Shown in pieces: positions 47,640-58,960 of a stretch of DNA of 64,000 nt. A program made the translations under genes and the position numbers. The stretch's first letter is position 1. Each line of letters begins with the position of its first letter. The stretch is from NCBI GenBank assembly GCA_965207445.1, contig CBDBLX010000002.1, positions 2,071,849 to 2,135,848 on the forward strand. The letters are read 5' to 3'. The notes below the pieces were generated by a model. That model saw only the letters and a list, made by a program, of their open reading frames with translations. It was not told where the DNA came from and did not search any database. The DNA comes from Nitrosopumilus sp. (GTDB lineage: Archaea > Thermoproteota > Nitrososphaeria > Nitrososphaerales > Nitrosopumilaceae).

Positions 47640-50381
47640 TTATGCATCCGACCTACATTTTTTACAACAAGTATGAATCTTGAGCAAACCATGTCTCTTT
47701 TCAAGTCCAAACTCTTTTATCGCCTCTACAATTAGATTAGTTTTAATCCCACATATGTGACAATATTGATTATATTTTTTCTCTCTTGTGAGTCTTATAA
47801 CATCCTCAAGTTTTGTCTGCACGTTATCGCCGGCATATATCGTCGACGAGTACCAAAGCCCATATCGTTCCTCACGATTTACAGCATCTACCCACAAGCA
47901 TAACGCATCTTTTTTGGCCTTGTCGACATCATCTTCTTTGCCTTTACCTTCTAGCACAAGTGTGACTCCAGTATCTAAATGAGCTATAAAATCAGGTCTG
48001 TATGTCCGCTCTGTATTATCTGGATGCACATAAGGAACTGCAAATCCTGACATATCTGATTTGGCCCACGATATTACATTTGAATTTCTGTCAAGTTCTT
48101 TTCCAATTGTGAGTTCTAGATCAGAGTCCGCCGTCATTATGTTGAGATGGGTCTTTTTTGGTTTGAGACGTTTTGATTTTGTAGTAAATTTACTGCCTGA
48201 CATGTCAGTTGAATCAATTCCAACAATGATTGCCTTTGGTTTGGATTTCGGATCTGATTTTACAACACTGGAAAAAATATCGCGTCCGATGTCATCACGA
48301 TAAGCCACAAGCATTTTAATTAATCCATTTTCATCAAGACGAGTCTTTACATATTTGGAGATATACCTTTTTACAATCGCAAGCATATCGATTGTACTCT
48401 GTAGAGGATTCTCATTATAAGGATTGGATTCTATCCATGGGGATGACTCTAAACGACGCATGTTTCCAATAACATCTTGTAGTATTCCATATGTGATAGT
48501 TTGGAGTCGTAGTTGTGGAGTAATTGTAGTATCTGTGGCTTTTACCCAACCATCTACAAGTGGTCCCAGATTCACAGATGTGGTAGGGGTGTGTTCAAAT
48601 TGTGTTAATTTGATATTATTCCAATTAATTTTGGTACGTATAGTTATTAGACTCTGTATCTTTGTGACTATGGGCCATCCGATACGGTGTTTTGGTCGTG
48701 TTGCATGTATTTCAACAGGAGGTTTTGAAGGTCCATTTATACCGCCGTTATTTGGTTCCATCTCAGATAATATGCCAGCAAATGGAACACCTAAAACACA
48801 AACACCTTCGGACTCAAACAACCCGTCACTGTTCAGATCATAACTTGTACGTCGCAGGCCACGTCCTACCACCTGTTCGCACAACAACTGGGACTTGAAT
48901 GCGCGTAACCCCATGATATGAGTCACTGTTTTTGCATCCCATCCTTCAGTCAACATATCTACAGATACTATATTACACACATCTTTACCAGAACTGTTAG
49001 GTTTTCCAACTGAAGATACCATATCTCGAAGATCTCGTCGACCACCCTCACTGTTGATGGCTTTGATTGCCTCATTGTCGATATGTAAGAGTGACTCTGG
49101 TTTTACAAGGTCGACATTTAATAGAAACTTGCCTTTCTTAATGTGATCTACGACAAGCTTTGCATGTTTTGTGCTATTGCATATAGTGATCATTACAGGA
49201 GGTGTGGAGCGTGCAGACCATTTTTTATTTACATTCAACCAATCAGTTCCAAGTATTTGATATGCATCTTTGATTATATTTGGTATTGATCCTTTTTTTA
49301 GAGATGCGCTCACATCTTCATGCCGATATAGATGATAAAACCGATCGCCATGGCGTGGCGTATATGGAGTCTTGACAAGTCCGGATTCTATTGCATCTGC
49401 AAGTGAGAAATCAGAGATTATCCATTTGAACATATCATCATAAGTAGCACTCTTACCTGTTGGCACAAACGGCGTAGCAGAAAAATCATGACATTGCATT
49501 ATTGTACACGCCTCATGTATGAGATCAAGACCCGACATCCATGTGCCCGCTCTTTCAGCTTCATTAGAATCCACATCAGTAGTAGTGTATTCTGATGATC
49601 TCCATGCATGATGTCCCTCATCATTTATGACAAGAACATTAGAAGTATTTCTTCCAAGTATGGATGCCGCAAATGATCTAGCTCCTTGTACTCCAAGCTT
49701 TGCCACACTTGTAGGTTTTGATCTCTTTGGTTTTAGTTGATGAAAGTTGGTTATGACAATGTGGGAGCTTCCCATCTTACTTGTATATCCTGCAGGAACA
49801 AGATCAAACTTTTCATATACATTGTCGCGATTACCAGGATATAGATCTTGGAGTCTATCCTTTACAGTCAGATTTGGTGTGACTACAAGTATATTCTTTG
49901 TATATTTTTTACCAGTGTTGAGAACCTGCCATACGATCAGCATACCCATGACAATAGTTTTTCCAGTACCTGTCGCCATCTTTGTGCAGTATCTAATAAA
50001 TGCACTACTATCTCCGGTTATGAATTTGTCAATAATGTTTGGATGCTCTGATGCATATATGATAGTCTCAATGGCCTCTAATTGACAAAAAAACAATCTA
50101 GACTCGTCACGATATCTCCAGTGTCGTAGTAATTGTTTGGTTGTTTCAGTTGAACCTGCATAATTTGATTCTCGCCATTTATCTACATATGGACGAATTT
50201 TATTGACGCTGTCAATTGAATTGTGTATTCCATACTTTCCATCCTCGGACATACTCTGGTATCCAGATGGCCTGCGACCATGGGTTTTACAATACATGTC
50301 ACGCTCTGAATCGTATTGATAATATTCTATAGGCATCTCATATGGATTGCATATAATCAGTTTGTCAATACCCTTTACCAT
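47640..50381 (-). CDS. res: Type III restriction enzyme Res subunit
   Basis: KMATGTGKT Walker A, NDEGHH, MLTEGWD, EQVVGRGLRR and C-terminal PD-(D/E)XK (YRPDFI...LEGKG); overlaps the mod stop. Confidence 0.92.
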   Translation of the reverse strand: MVKGIDKLIICNPYEMPIEYYQYDSERDMYCKTHGRRPSGYQSMSEDGKYGIHNSIDSVNKIRPYVDKWRESNYAGSTETTKQLLRHWRYRDESRLFFCQLEAIETIIYASEHPNIIDKFITGDSSAFIRYCTKMATGTGKTIVMGMLIVWQVLNTGKKYTKNILVVTPNLTVKDRLQDLYPGNRDNVYEKFDLVPAGYTSKMGSSHIVITNFHQLKPKRSKPTSVAKLGVQGARSFAASILGRNTSNVLVINDEGHHAWRSSEYTTTDVDSNEAERAGTWMSGLDLIHEACTIMQCHDFSATPFVPTGKSATYDDMFKWIISDFSLADAIESGLVKTPYTPRHGDRFYHLYRHEDVSASLKKGSIPNIIKDAYQILGTDWLNVNKKWSARSTPPVMITICNSTKHAKLVVDHIKKGKFLLNVDLVKPESLLHIDNEAIKAINSEGGRRDLRDMVSSVGKPNSSGKDVCNIVSVDMLTEGWDAKTVTHIMGLRAFKSQLLCEQVVGRGLRRTSYDLNSDGLFESEGVCVLGVPFAGILSEMEPNNGGINGPSKPPVEIHATRPKHRIGWPIVTKIQSLITIRTKINWNNIKLTQFEHTPTTSVNLGPLVDGWVKATDTTITPQLRLQTITYGILQDVIGNMRRLESSPWIESNPYNENPLQSTIDMLAIVKRYISKYVKTRLDENGLIKMLVAYRDDIGRDIFSSVVKSDPKSKPKAIIVGIDSTDMSGSKFTTKSKRLKPKKTHLNIMTADSDLELTIGKELDRNSNVISWAKSDMSGFAVPYVHPDNTERTYRPDFIAHLDTGVTLVLEGKGKEDDVDKAKKDALCLWVDAVNREERYGLWYSSTIYAGDNVQTKLEDVIRLTREKKYNQYCHICGIKTNLIVEAIKEFGLEKRHGLLKIHTCCKKCRSDA

Positions 50382-52756
50382 TTTGCAAGGCCTCTGACAG
50401 TCAGTGATTCGTTTCCACTTGTATCAATTATCTTAACTGCAATTCTTTTGTGGTGTCCCATCTCAAATGGAATTGATGTTGTATCTGAATACTTTTCCAA
50501 AAGTTCGGAATCAATCTCACTTCGTAGTGTATCCTTTAGATTTTTCCAGAGATTTGGCCTAGTTGGAAAGAACAGTTGCTTTACACGTAATGTTCTACCA
50601 TCATAGTCAGTATCAAGCATCCACATTGCAATGTTGTCTGCAGTGCCCGGCACTACCTTGTCTTGAATCGGATCATAATAGTCATATCCCCTAATTTTGA
50701 CCACATAATTTTTGCCTTTTTTTGATATTTCAACATCAGGCTCACCTACCATGTTAAAAGGCTGATCTGTACTCTGAGTCTTTAACTCTGATACAAGTAC
50801 ATCATTATTTATTAAAACAGTCTGTGCTCCTGTCGTCTTGTCTATAGTACTTTTTGCTACAGGATCAAATGCCATGGCAAAGAATAACACTTTATCAGTC
50901 TTGGATATCTCTACAAGAACCTGATCCACTTGATGTTTCCCCATGGGTCCGTGATCTGGGCCAAATGATATGGCCGTTTTCTGATCGCCGTTGTAAGCAT
51001 ACGCATGTATGGGCGAAGTGTTGTCAGAATTTTTCTCAATCTTGTCAAATCTCATAGGAGTAGTTTTAGTTGTAATGCCAGAGGTCGCAAGTGATGACAG
51101 TAAGTTGTCCCTTACTGGCACAACATTATTCTCATTGTGGATGACTGGTGAGGGTATGGACTCGACTGTAAACGGACCCGTAACACGGCTACGATTATCT
51201 TCAGTTTTTGGCTTGTCATATCTGACTATTGGTGTTTCTGATTCGTCTGATGATAATGATTTTGCAGTTAATCGCACTTGAGTCTCATATTGAAAACCAG
51301 CATCAACTCCCGCATCATTGTTAACGAGTTTGTACCATGGATATGTTGCAGTTTGTAATCTACAACGTATTGTTGCCAATGATATACGTGATGTGTCACA
51401 TGTTATCCAACGCCGTCCCCATTGTTCTGCTACATGTGCAGTAACACCTGATCCTCCGGTAATATCCATGACAAGATCTCCCACATCAGATGCCATCAGC
51501 ATGCAGTTTTGAACAACAATAGATTTGGTTTCGACTACGTAATTTTTACTGCTTAATTGTGTTCCTTCCCATATATTCAAAAATAGTTGGGGAGAATCTT
51601 CTGGATATTCAATACGATATACTCTACTTACGCCAAAATAAACTCGATTTTGATTATAAAGTACATCCAAAGCATCATGTCCTAGTCGCCATTGAGAACC
51701 TGCAGGAATAGAGTATGTCTTGCCGTTTGGGAATGTATGAGGTTTGGATCTGTCCGTGGTTGATTCCCCCTGAGAATCAAGATGAATTGTACTACACCGA
51801 CGCGAACCTTTTGGAAGATTTCCGTCTTTGGGTGCTGTAATAATGGAGCCATTTTTTAGATGAATCTGTTTGTGTGTATTTTGTATAGACTTATCAGTTC
51901 TATCCTGCCAAAGTCTATTGAATTTTACATTTTCTTTATTTTTAGCATACCACAGTATGTAATCATAAGGATTTGGTCTATCGCCTACGCCGCCGCCACC
52001 TTTTGTTCTGAATAGAATTTGCCACATAAAATTTTCAGGACCAAACACTTCATCAAGCAAGAGACGAACCAAATGTTGATTTTTAGTGGATATCTGGACG
52101 AATATTGAACCAGTGTCTGCGAGTAATTCTCTGGCAAGGGTTAATCTTTTTCGCACCATAGCCAGATACGAATGAATACCCATGCTCCAAGAGTCTCGAA
52201 ACGCCTTGATTGGTTCTGGACGTTTCTCAATATTATGTACATCATCCTTTACATGTGTATCAAATATTTGTGATTGGAAATTACTATTATATTTGATACC
52301 ATATGGAGGATCAAAATAAAACATTTGGAGGCGGCCTGCCATGTTCTCTTTTTCCAACAACGATGTCATCACCAAAAGAGAATCTCCTGCAATTATGCGA
52401 TTAGTCCATCCATCTTCATGTTCATAAAATTCTACGGCTTCATTGTGTGGTCTAGTGTTTCCAAAAAAATCATCAAGTGTTGATTTTTTTGCTATAACGG
52501 GATCAAGAATAGCAGAAGGATGTACAGATTCATGCACATGCAATGGGACTACATCAACATCAATCTTGTCAGTTTCATCACGACCATTGAAAAGAAGAAT
52601 TGGCGAGTCATGGGGATCAATTTCTGGATAGTATGTCTTTTTGGATGGACGTATGTTATCTTTGACAAGCCCAATGGATGGATTGTTTTTGCGTCGCTCA
52701 TGTTTGTGCTGATAGTCACCAACAGTGACTTTTGAGTGGCTTTTTGATCGCCTCAA
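50375..52756 (-). CDS. mod: Type III restriction-modification methyltransferase (Mod)
   Basis: GDSLLVM, DPPY motif IV, then DITGGSGVTA motif I (beta order), and IAVKIID..GNE C-terminus. Confidence 0.92.
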   Translation of the reverse strand: MRRSKSHSKVTVGDYQHKHERRKNNPSIGLVKDNIRPSKKTYYPEIDPHDSPILLFNGRDETDKIDVDVVPLHVHESVHPSAILDPVIAKKSTLDDFFGNTRPHNEAVEFYEHEDGWTNRIIAGDSLLVMTSLLEKENMAGRLQMFYFDPPYGIKYNSNFQSQIFDTHVKDDVHNIEKRPEPIKAFRDSWSMGIHSYLAMVRKRLTLARELLADTGSIFVQISTKNQHLVRLLLDEVFGPENFMWQILFRTKGGGGVGDRPNPYDYILWYAKNKENVKFNRLWQDRTDKSIQNTHKQIHLKNGSIITAPKDGNLPKGSRRCSTIHLDSQGESTTDRSKPHTFPNGKTYSIPAGSQWRLGHDALDVLYNQNRVYFGVSRVYRIEYPEDSPQLFLNIWEGTQLSSKNYVVETKSIVVQNCMLMASDVGDLVMDITGGSGVTAHVAEQWGRRWITCDTSRISLATIRCRLQTATYPWYKLVNNDAGVDAGFQYETQVRLTAKSLSSDESETPIVRYDKPKTEDNRSRVTGPFTVESIPSPVIHNENNVVPVRDNLLSSLATSGITTKTTPMRFDKIEKNSDNTSPIHAYAYNGDQKTAISFGPDHGPMGKHQVDQVLVEISKTDKVLFFAMAFDPVAKSTIDKTTGAQTVLINNDVLVSELKTQSTDQPFNMVGEPDVEISKKGKNYVVKIRGYDYYDPIQDKVVPGTADNIAMWMLDTDYDGRTLRVKQLFFPTRPNLWKNLKDTLRSEIDSELLEKYSDTTSIPFEMGHHKRIAVKIIDTSGNESLTVRGLAKW

Positions 52757-52840
52757 AGGAGTCCCCTCCTGATCTTATATGTTGACGGTCCTAGATAAAT
52801 GCCGGATTTTTTGGTTGTCTCCTCAGAGGCTCTTCTCCTA

Positions 52841-52893
52841 TAGTAGGTAAGTAGTAGGTAAGTAGTAGGTAAGTAGTAGGTAAGTAGTAGGTA
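52841..52893. repeat. 11-bp tandem repeat (TAGTAGGTAAG) x~4.8 upstream of mod
   Basis: Read directly from the sequence. Confidence 0.93.
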
Positions 52894-52956
52894 GAATATG
52901 CTTCATATCACAGGATTTTTTTACACTAACATCTAAACTTTTGCAGATAGCCTGCA

Positions 52957-53037
52957 GTAACCGTTCAACTCCTTCCCAAATTTAGACACAGATTCATCTC
53001 CTAACGTCTGGCGCAGGCACAGTAGTTGAACTGTTAC
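52957..53037 (+). mobile_element. MITE family A copy (81 bp) with near-perfect 9-bp target duplication
   Basis: Terminal repeats GTAACCGTTCAAC / GTTGAACTGTTAC; flanks TAGCCTGCA / TAGCCTTCA. Confidence 0.9.
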
Positions 53038-53112
53038 TAGCCTTCAACCCCTTCCAAAATTTAGGCATAGATTCGCCACCTAACTTCTGCAGACGCAGGG
53101 TTGAACGGTTAC
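53038..53112 (+). mobile_element. MITE family A copy, left end disrupted by the adjacent copy
   Basis: TTCAACCCCTTCCAAAATTTAGGCATAGATTCGCCACCTAAC...GTTGAACGGTTAC. Confidence 0.85.
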
Positions 53113-53380
53113 GTCTCGTAAGCACAAAACCTATGCACGACACACCACGATATGGTGTTAAATTAAGAGTAAGTCTGTTTTTTATCGTGAATGATATACA
53201 AAATTTCAATAAAGTAAATTCACATTTGTATCAAAATCATATTAAATAACATCAATGACACATTAACAAGCATTATATCTTTACAACAATTGTAAATTGA
53301 ATTTATGCAACAGATTTTTTGTCACCCCGCAGATGCAAAAAAAAAATAATTATGAGGATATATTAGATTGTAAATTACAT

Positions 53381-55561
53381 TTATGCAACAGACTTTTTGC
53401 CACGTCCACCTTTGGTACCAGTAGTTATCTTTCCCCACTGTGCCAATGCAGATGCAGCCGCAACCCAGTCTCGAAGATCACTATATACAGGTACACCTCT
53501 TTCTTCAATACTTTTGCTGACCTTGTTTGTAAACGGCCCGCCGTTTGCACCAACCAAAAGTGGTTTTACCTTCTTTTTTGAAAATGCGGCCAAATAGTCG
53601 ATTATAACCTCATCAAGTGGGTCGTCTTGGAACACAAACCAAGGCATTACAATATCCACATTATCATCATCCATGAACGTCTTTATGACAAACTTATAGT
53701 CCTCTGCACTAGCCCCTCCCGTAACATCCACTGGGTTTCCTTTGCCAATTACATATGTTGGAGGAAAGTGTTTTACCATTTTTGCAGCAGAGTCAGAACT
53801 GACATTTGCAAGTTTCAATCCCAAGCGCTCAAAATGATCAATTGCACCAATCATCGGACCAGCACCATTACTAGTCATTGCAGAACCATTTCCCCTAGCA
53901 GGTGGTTGCCATGACAGAGCCTTTGTGACTGCCACTAACTCTTGGTAACTGTCAACTGATATGATGCCTGCCTGTTTGAATGCACCCATTATTATTGCAT
54001 TGGAGCCACCAAGTGAACCAGTATGAGATGCGGCTTGTTTTGCACCCATTTCAGTTCTTCCTGATTTCCATATTACAATGGGCTTGCCTTTCTCTTTCAT
54101 AACTCGTTTTGCAGTGTTGATGAACTTGCGTCCATCTCCAAAACCTTCAACATATAGAGATATGACTTTGGTCTGAGAATCATCTGCCAAATACCATATC
54201 ATATCAGCCTCATCAACATCAGAACGATTACCATAACTTATCATCTTTGAGAGTCCAAACGAGTCAGCAGACTCTAAAAAGCTGATCCCCATAGTACCGC
54301 TCTGAGACAATAATGCAACATTGCCACGTCTAGCGCGCACCATTCTCTCTTGTCCTTGAAACGCACAATCAAGCCTGTTTGCTGCATTGAACATTCCAAT
54401 GCAATTTGGTCCAATAATACGAATCTTGTGCTTTGTAGATAGTCGCTTTACCTCTGCCTCATATTCGGCTCTCTGTCCACCAAGTTCCTTGCCTCCGCCA
54501 GATACGATAACCACGCTACGCACACCTTTTTTGGCGCAATCCTCTAGTACAGGTGGAATAATTGAGAGATCAACTGATATCACAACCAAGTCTACTTTGC
54601 CAGGTATATCTGCAACTGATGGATAACACTTGCGCCCAAATATCTTATCGGCCTTTGGGTTGATTGGATATACTTTACCTTTGTAATCATAATTTGCCAG
54701 ACTGTCAAGTATAGAGTTTCCTATCTTACCTTTTGTTGTAGAGGCGCCCACAAGCGCAACTGACTTTGGCGTAAAGAATTTTTCCATATCACTACTATTT
54801 GGCTTTGTCTTTGAGATAGAGTTTGCATTGACATTATCATTTAAAATTATCTTTGCATCTACCACATAGTGAGATACAGAATTAGATTTTGGGTATACCA
54901 CAACAGGGTTAAAGTCAATACTGTTAATGTAATCTGCATGATCAATACCAAGCTTGCCTATCTTGACAAGTGTATCTGCAACTGCATTGACATCTACAGG
55001 CTCTGCACCTCTAAATCCTTGTAATAGTGCTGCACCGCGCAGCTCTGCAAGCATTGACTTTGCATCAGATTTAGTAATTGGTAGCATTCTAAATGCCACA
55101 TCCTTCATTATCTCAGTCATAATTCCACCAAGTCCCACCATAATAACGGGACCAAATTGTGGATCGTTTTGGATTCCAACAATAAGTTCTACACCTTTTG
55201 GAACCATCTTTTCAAGCAGCATGCCTTTGAGTGTGACGTCTTTTTTCTTTGACAGTCTTTTGTACATGTCATCAAACGTCTTTTTAACATCACTTGTATT
55301 TTCAACTCCAACCTTGACACCTCCAACATCAGTCTTGTGTAGTATCTGAGGTGAGACTACCTTCATTACAAGTGGAAAGCCTATGCGTTTTGCTTTCTTG
55401 ACAGCATCAGATGCAGATGTTGCAATAGCGTATGGTGGAACGCTTATTCCATACGTTTTAAGAATAGACTTTGAAGTCTCCTCTGTGATTACATTATCAG
55501 AAGACTGCATTATTTGATCAAAGATTTTGCGTACATCACCTTGATCGTTTTTAACTGCCAT
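53381..55561 (-). CDS. ADP-forming acyl-CoA synthetase; probable 3-hydroxypropionyl-CoA synthetase of the 3HP/4HB cycle
   Basis: N-terminal ATP-grasp ([13 protein letters not shown]) fused to CoA-binding domain ([20 protein letters not shown]). Substrate inferred from AOA gene context. Confidence 0.88.
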   Translation of the reverse strand: MAVKNDQGDVRKIFDQIMQSSDNVITEETSKSILKTYGISVPPYAIATSASDAVKKAKRIGFPLVMKVVSPQILHKTDVGGVKVGVENTSDVKKTFDDMYKRLSKKKDVTLKGMLLEKMVPKGVELIVGIQNDPQFGPVIMVGLGGIMTEIMKDVAFRMLPITKSDAKSMLAELRGAALLQGFRGAEPVDVNAVADTLVKIGKLGIDHADYINSIDFNPVVVYPKSNSVSHYVVDAKIILNDNVNANSISKTKPNSSDMEKFFTPKSVALVGASTTKGKIGNSILDSLANYDYKGKVYPINPKADKIFGRKCYPSVADIPGKVDLVVISVDLSIIPPVLEDCAKKGVRSVVIVSGGGKELGGQRAEYEAEVKRLSTKHKIRIIGPNCIGMFNAANRLDCAFQGQERMVRARRGNVALLSQSGTMGISFLESADSFGLSKMISYGNRSDVDEADMIWYLADDSQTKVISLYVEGFGDGRKFINTAKRVMKEKGKPIVIWKSGRTEMGAKQAASHTGSLGGSNAIIMGAFKQAGIISVDSYQELVAVTKALSWQPPARGNGSAMTSNGAGPMIGAIDHFERLGLKLANVSSDSAAKMVKHFPPTYVIGKGNPVDVTGGASAEDYKFVIKTFMDDDNVDIVMPWFVFQDDPLDEVIIDYLAAFSKKKVKPLLVGANGGPFTNKVSKSIEERGVPVYSDLRDWVAAASALAQWGKITTGTKGGRGKKSVA

Positions 55562-56038
55562 TTACTAGGGGCGAAGATATTCTGTATATTAACTATTCAC
55601 AGAAGATAACAAGAGATTAAATTTTCATGAAATATTGAAATATGATTATATTTTTTGTGAAATTCATTAGTCTGAACCAACCATCCTGATTGATATATTC
55701 ATTTAAAATTTGAATATGAATAAGTAAAATTAATTTAGATTTTGAGGTTTTGTAATGATTATATTTTTCATATTTAAATTAATCTATTTAAATTATTGGA
55801 AATAAAAAATAATCTAAGAATAGTTTCAAGAAACGTTTATGCATACAAAATACATACTCAAAGTAGGACGCCTCTTTCCCTATCAAAAAACGCGAGTTGT
55901 AATTCGTTATAATATAATCATATATATTTAACAATGTGTTATACATCCCTTCAATCACATATCATCAAAATAATCTAATAATATAGCAAATGCATTAAAT
56001 TGATCAATTTTTTGCAAGCCAAAATTGTATTTTGTTTT

Positions 56039-57313
56039 CTAAGGCCAGATACCTTTTTGCTCAAAGGCATCTATTACACGTTGCACTGCAAGAACCATTG
56101 TGGCTTTTCTCATGTCAATTTTATGATCAGTTGATAGTACGTATGAGTCTTTGAATCCTTTTGTAATCTTTTCCTCCATCTTTTGAGCAACTTCATCAAA
56201 TGACCAGTAATAACCCATGTTGTTTTGTACCCACTCCAAATAGGATATACATACGCCACCAGAATTTGCCAATATATCAGGAATTACCAGTATCTTTTTC
56301 TTGTACAGTATGGGATCAGCAGCTGGCAATGTAGGTCCATTTGCAGCCTCTCCAATAATTTTACACTTTATCTTTCTTGCAATCTTAACGTTAATCTGAT
56401 TCTCCAAGGCACCAGGTACGAGTATATCACATTCAGTTGTTAGCAACTCTTCAGTTGTGATGCTTTTACTTTTAGGAAACTTGACGACACTCCCAGTCTT
56501 CTTTTTGTGTGCTAATACGCTGTGAATTTTTGTATCTTTTGGTAAAAGTACACTGCCTTTTGAATCACTTACTGCAATTATTTTTGCACCCATATCCTCA
56601 AGATATTCGCCTGCATGTGTAGAGGCATTTCCAAACCCTTGTAACACAACAGTTGCGCCTTGAAGGCTTAGTCCCAGTACACCGGCGGCCTCTCTTACAG
56701 TATAAGCAGTTCCAAGTCCAGTTGCAACATCTCTTGCAAGGGAACCACCCATGACAATAGGTTTACCTGTAATTACACCTGGCGTGTACTTGTTCTCATT
56801 TAGTTTGTTAAAGGTGTCCATAATTTGAGTCATCTCTCTGCCAGTTGTGTATACGTCTGGTGCAGGTATGTCTTTTTGAGGGCCAATGATTTCAGAAATT
56901 TGGTATGCAAATCCACGTGTCAGTCGTTCTAACTCACCATCACTAAGACCCTCAGTCTTTGGGTTTACAAATATGCCACCTTTACCACCTCCAAGTGGAA
57001 CATCAACGATTGCACACTTCCATGTCATCCATGACGAGAGCGCCATGACCTCACGCTCCATATACTCAACACCACCGGTAGGATTAAAGTATCGAATACC
57101 GCCTTTGTAGGGCCCACGATCATTGTTATGTTGGCTTCTAAATCCAGTGAATATACGAATCTTACCATTGTCCATTCTTACAGGAATTTTAACACGCATA
57201 ATGCGATTCGGCGTTGCAAGATAGTCACGCAACCCATCATCTTTAATGCCTAATATGTCACATGCATCATGCACTTGTTTAGTTGCATTTGCAAAAGGGT
57301 CATGTAGAGACAA
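56039..57313 (-). CDS. gdhA: Glutamate dehydrogenase
   Basis: Motifs GPYKGGIR, GGGKGG, DIPAPDV, QGFGN, EAANGP and ANSGGV..SYLEWVQN. Confidence 0.95.
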   Translation of the reverse strand: MSLHDPFANATKQVHDACDILGIKDDGLRDYLATPNRIMRVKIPVRMDNGKIRIFTGFRSQHNNDRGPYKGGIRYFNPTGGVEYMEREVMALSSWMTWKCAIVDVPLGGGKGGIFVNPKTEGLSDGELERLTRGFAYQISEIIGPQKDIPAPDVYTTGREMTQIMDTFNKLNENKYTPGVITGKPIVMGGSLARDVATGLGTAYTVREAAGVLGLSLQGATVVLQGFGNASTHAGEYLEDMGAKIIAVSDSKGSVLLPKDTKIHSVLAHKKKTGSVVKFPKSKSITTEELLTTECDILVPGALENQINVKIARKIKCKIIGEAANGPTLPAADPILYKKKILVIPDILANSGGVCISYLEWVQNNMGYYWSFDEVAQKMEEKITKGFKDSYVLSTDHKIDMRKATMVLAVQRVIDAFEQKGIWP

Positions 57314-57362
57314 GTAATTAAATACTAAAGGCTCAATGTTATATAGTTTGCTTTTTAAAACT

Positions 57363-57443
57363 GTAATTGTTCAACGCCTTTCCAAATTTAGGCACAAATT
57401 CACCACCTAGTATCTAGCGCAGACACTAGGACTGAACGGTTAC
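57363..57443 (+). mobile_element. MITE family A copy (81 bp), 50 bp upstream of gdhA
   Basis: GTAATTGTTCAAC...CCAAATTTAGGCACAAATTCACCACCTA...ACTGAACGGTTAC. Confidence 0.85.
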
Positions 57444-58051
57444 TCTCTAGTACAAATTTAATTTGCGGCAGTTGTTTACGCCTCCATCCTTCCTCTCCCC
57501 TCCCATCTAACACACACCTCTTCTGAGCAGATACAATCTAGGCATAATAACACATACAATAAATCGGTTTGAGAGTGGAGTAAATGTACAGTATGATGTG
57601 ATATTTGTAAACTCATTATAACAGAATTTAATCAAAAAATACTAATCAAATACGAACAAATCAGACAGAACATTTGATGAGTATAGTGTGTGTATGTATG
57701 TCAGAGACATACGCGCTACACGGCAGAACAGATATCATACACTTGTCTCCAATAAAGTCACAATTGAGATGTATGAATCAAATGAACTACTATGGAGATA
57801 TCAACAATCCCAGATACACTACAAAGCACCACGCCAATTGATGTGAATCCATTAGTGAAAATAGTAAATAATCATACAAATTTCATATACGCAATAGACA
57901 ATTTATTTGCAAATGAATGTTGCCAATTCCTAATATTTGACATTTGATTTTGTATAAACAAATATGCCAGATCATATTCATCAAACACTACAACAAGATC
58001 ATATTCATTAAATATTGTAATGACATCAAGTCATCATAACATTAAAGTATT

Positions 58052-58468
58052 TTACAAATAGACTTTTTTTCTGTTCTTTTTTGAAATATTGCGAGAGAGT
58101 TGGTCTATTGCTGCATCAAGTGTAGCAAGGTTTGTCTCTAACAGATCAGAGATTCTATACAATACACCATATTGAGCATCATCACCAATAGTTGATACCA
58201 TACTGTTATGCATCAACATATTCATATGGTGTTTTACTGCTTTGTAATCTAATCCAAGTTCTATTGCGAGTTGATTGTTATTTTGTGGTTGTTCTAGTAG
58301 TTTCATTATAATGCGCAAACGTGTAATTCCACCCCGAGTTCCTGCAAATATGTAAAATAGAAGTTTTTTTGTATGCTTGTCAGTCTTACGCTGTGTAGAA
58401 TTCAGAGTATTCATATGACGTAGGGTCCGCTGAAACTCATCTAATAATAACAACTGTTGATCTGCCAT
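58052..58468 (-). CDS. ArsR-family winged-HTH regulator
   Basis: Motifs LLFYIFAGTRGG..R..I, NQLA..LGLDYKAVKHH and YG..Y. Confidence 0.85.
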   Translation of the reverse strand: MADQQLLLLDEFQRTLRHMNTLNSTQRKTDKHTKKLLFYIFAGTRGGITRLRIIMKLLEQPQNNNQLAIELGLDYKAVKHHMNMLMHNSMVSTIGDDAQYGVLYRISDLLETNLATLDAAIDQLSRNISKKNRKKVYL

Positions 58469-58960
58469 ACAATACAACGCATATAGGTTGCTTAAAACGT
58501 TATATCCAATTTCAAATTCTTATGTATATACACACATACAAAGCACAATAGAAATTCGAGCACACATCCAATTCAAATTTGAGGTTTACAATACATCAAA
58601 ATCCGCGTACACAACAAACCATCTTTTGAGTGTTAAATGGTGAGAGGTCTTGTCACAAAAAAACAAAAAAACAAAAAAACAAAAATTTAATGTACCAAAA
58701 ATCGAGTATTCCACAAAATGTAATACATACTATGAGTTTGTTCTTTTCATAGTAGCATAATTAATTATCCAAACTGCTTTGTTTATGATATTTATAATCA
58801 TATAGTCGATATACACAGTAATAATATATAAATATATAAAAATATATAGTTGAACCTAGAGTTAATAATTTAGTTATAATAAACATAAGATCATTTAGAT
58901 CTACAAATTAATTGACCACGTATAAACCCTTAAATTGACTTTGAAGGGACTCAGTATATC

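Noticed and set aside
57444..58040. Possible transposase remnant beside the gdhA MITE
   Set aside because: I found no transposase motifs in the frame I translated and no paired inverted ends. A translated search could still detect a decayed gene.
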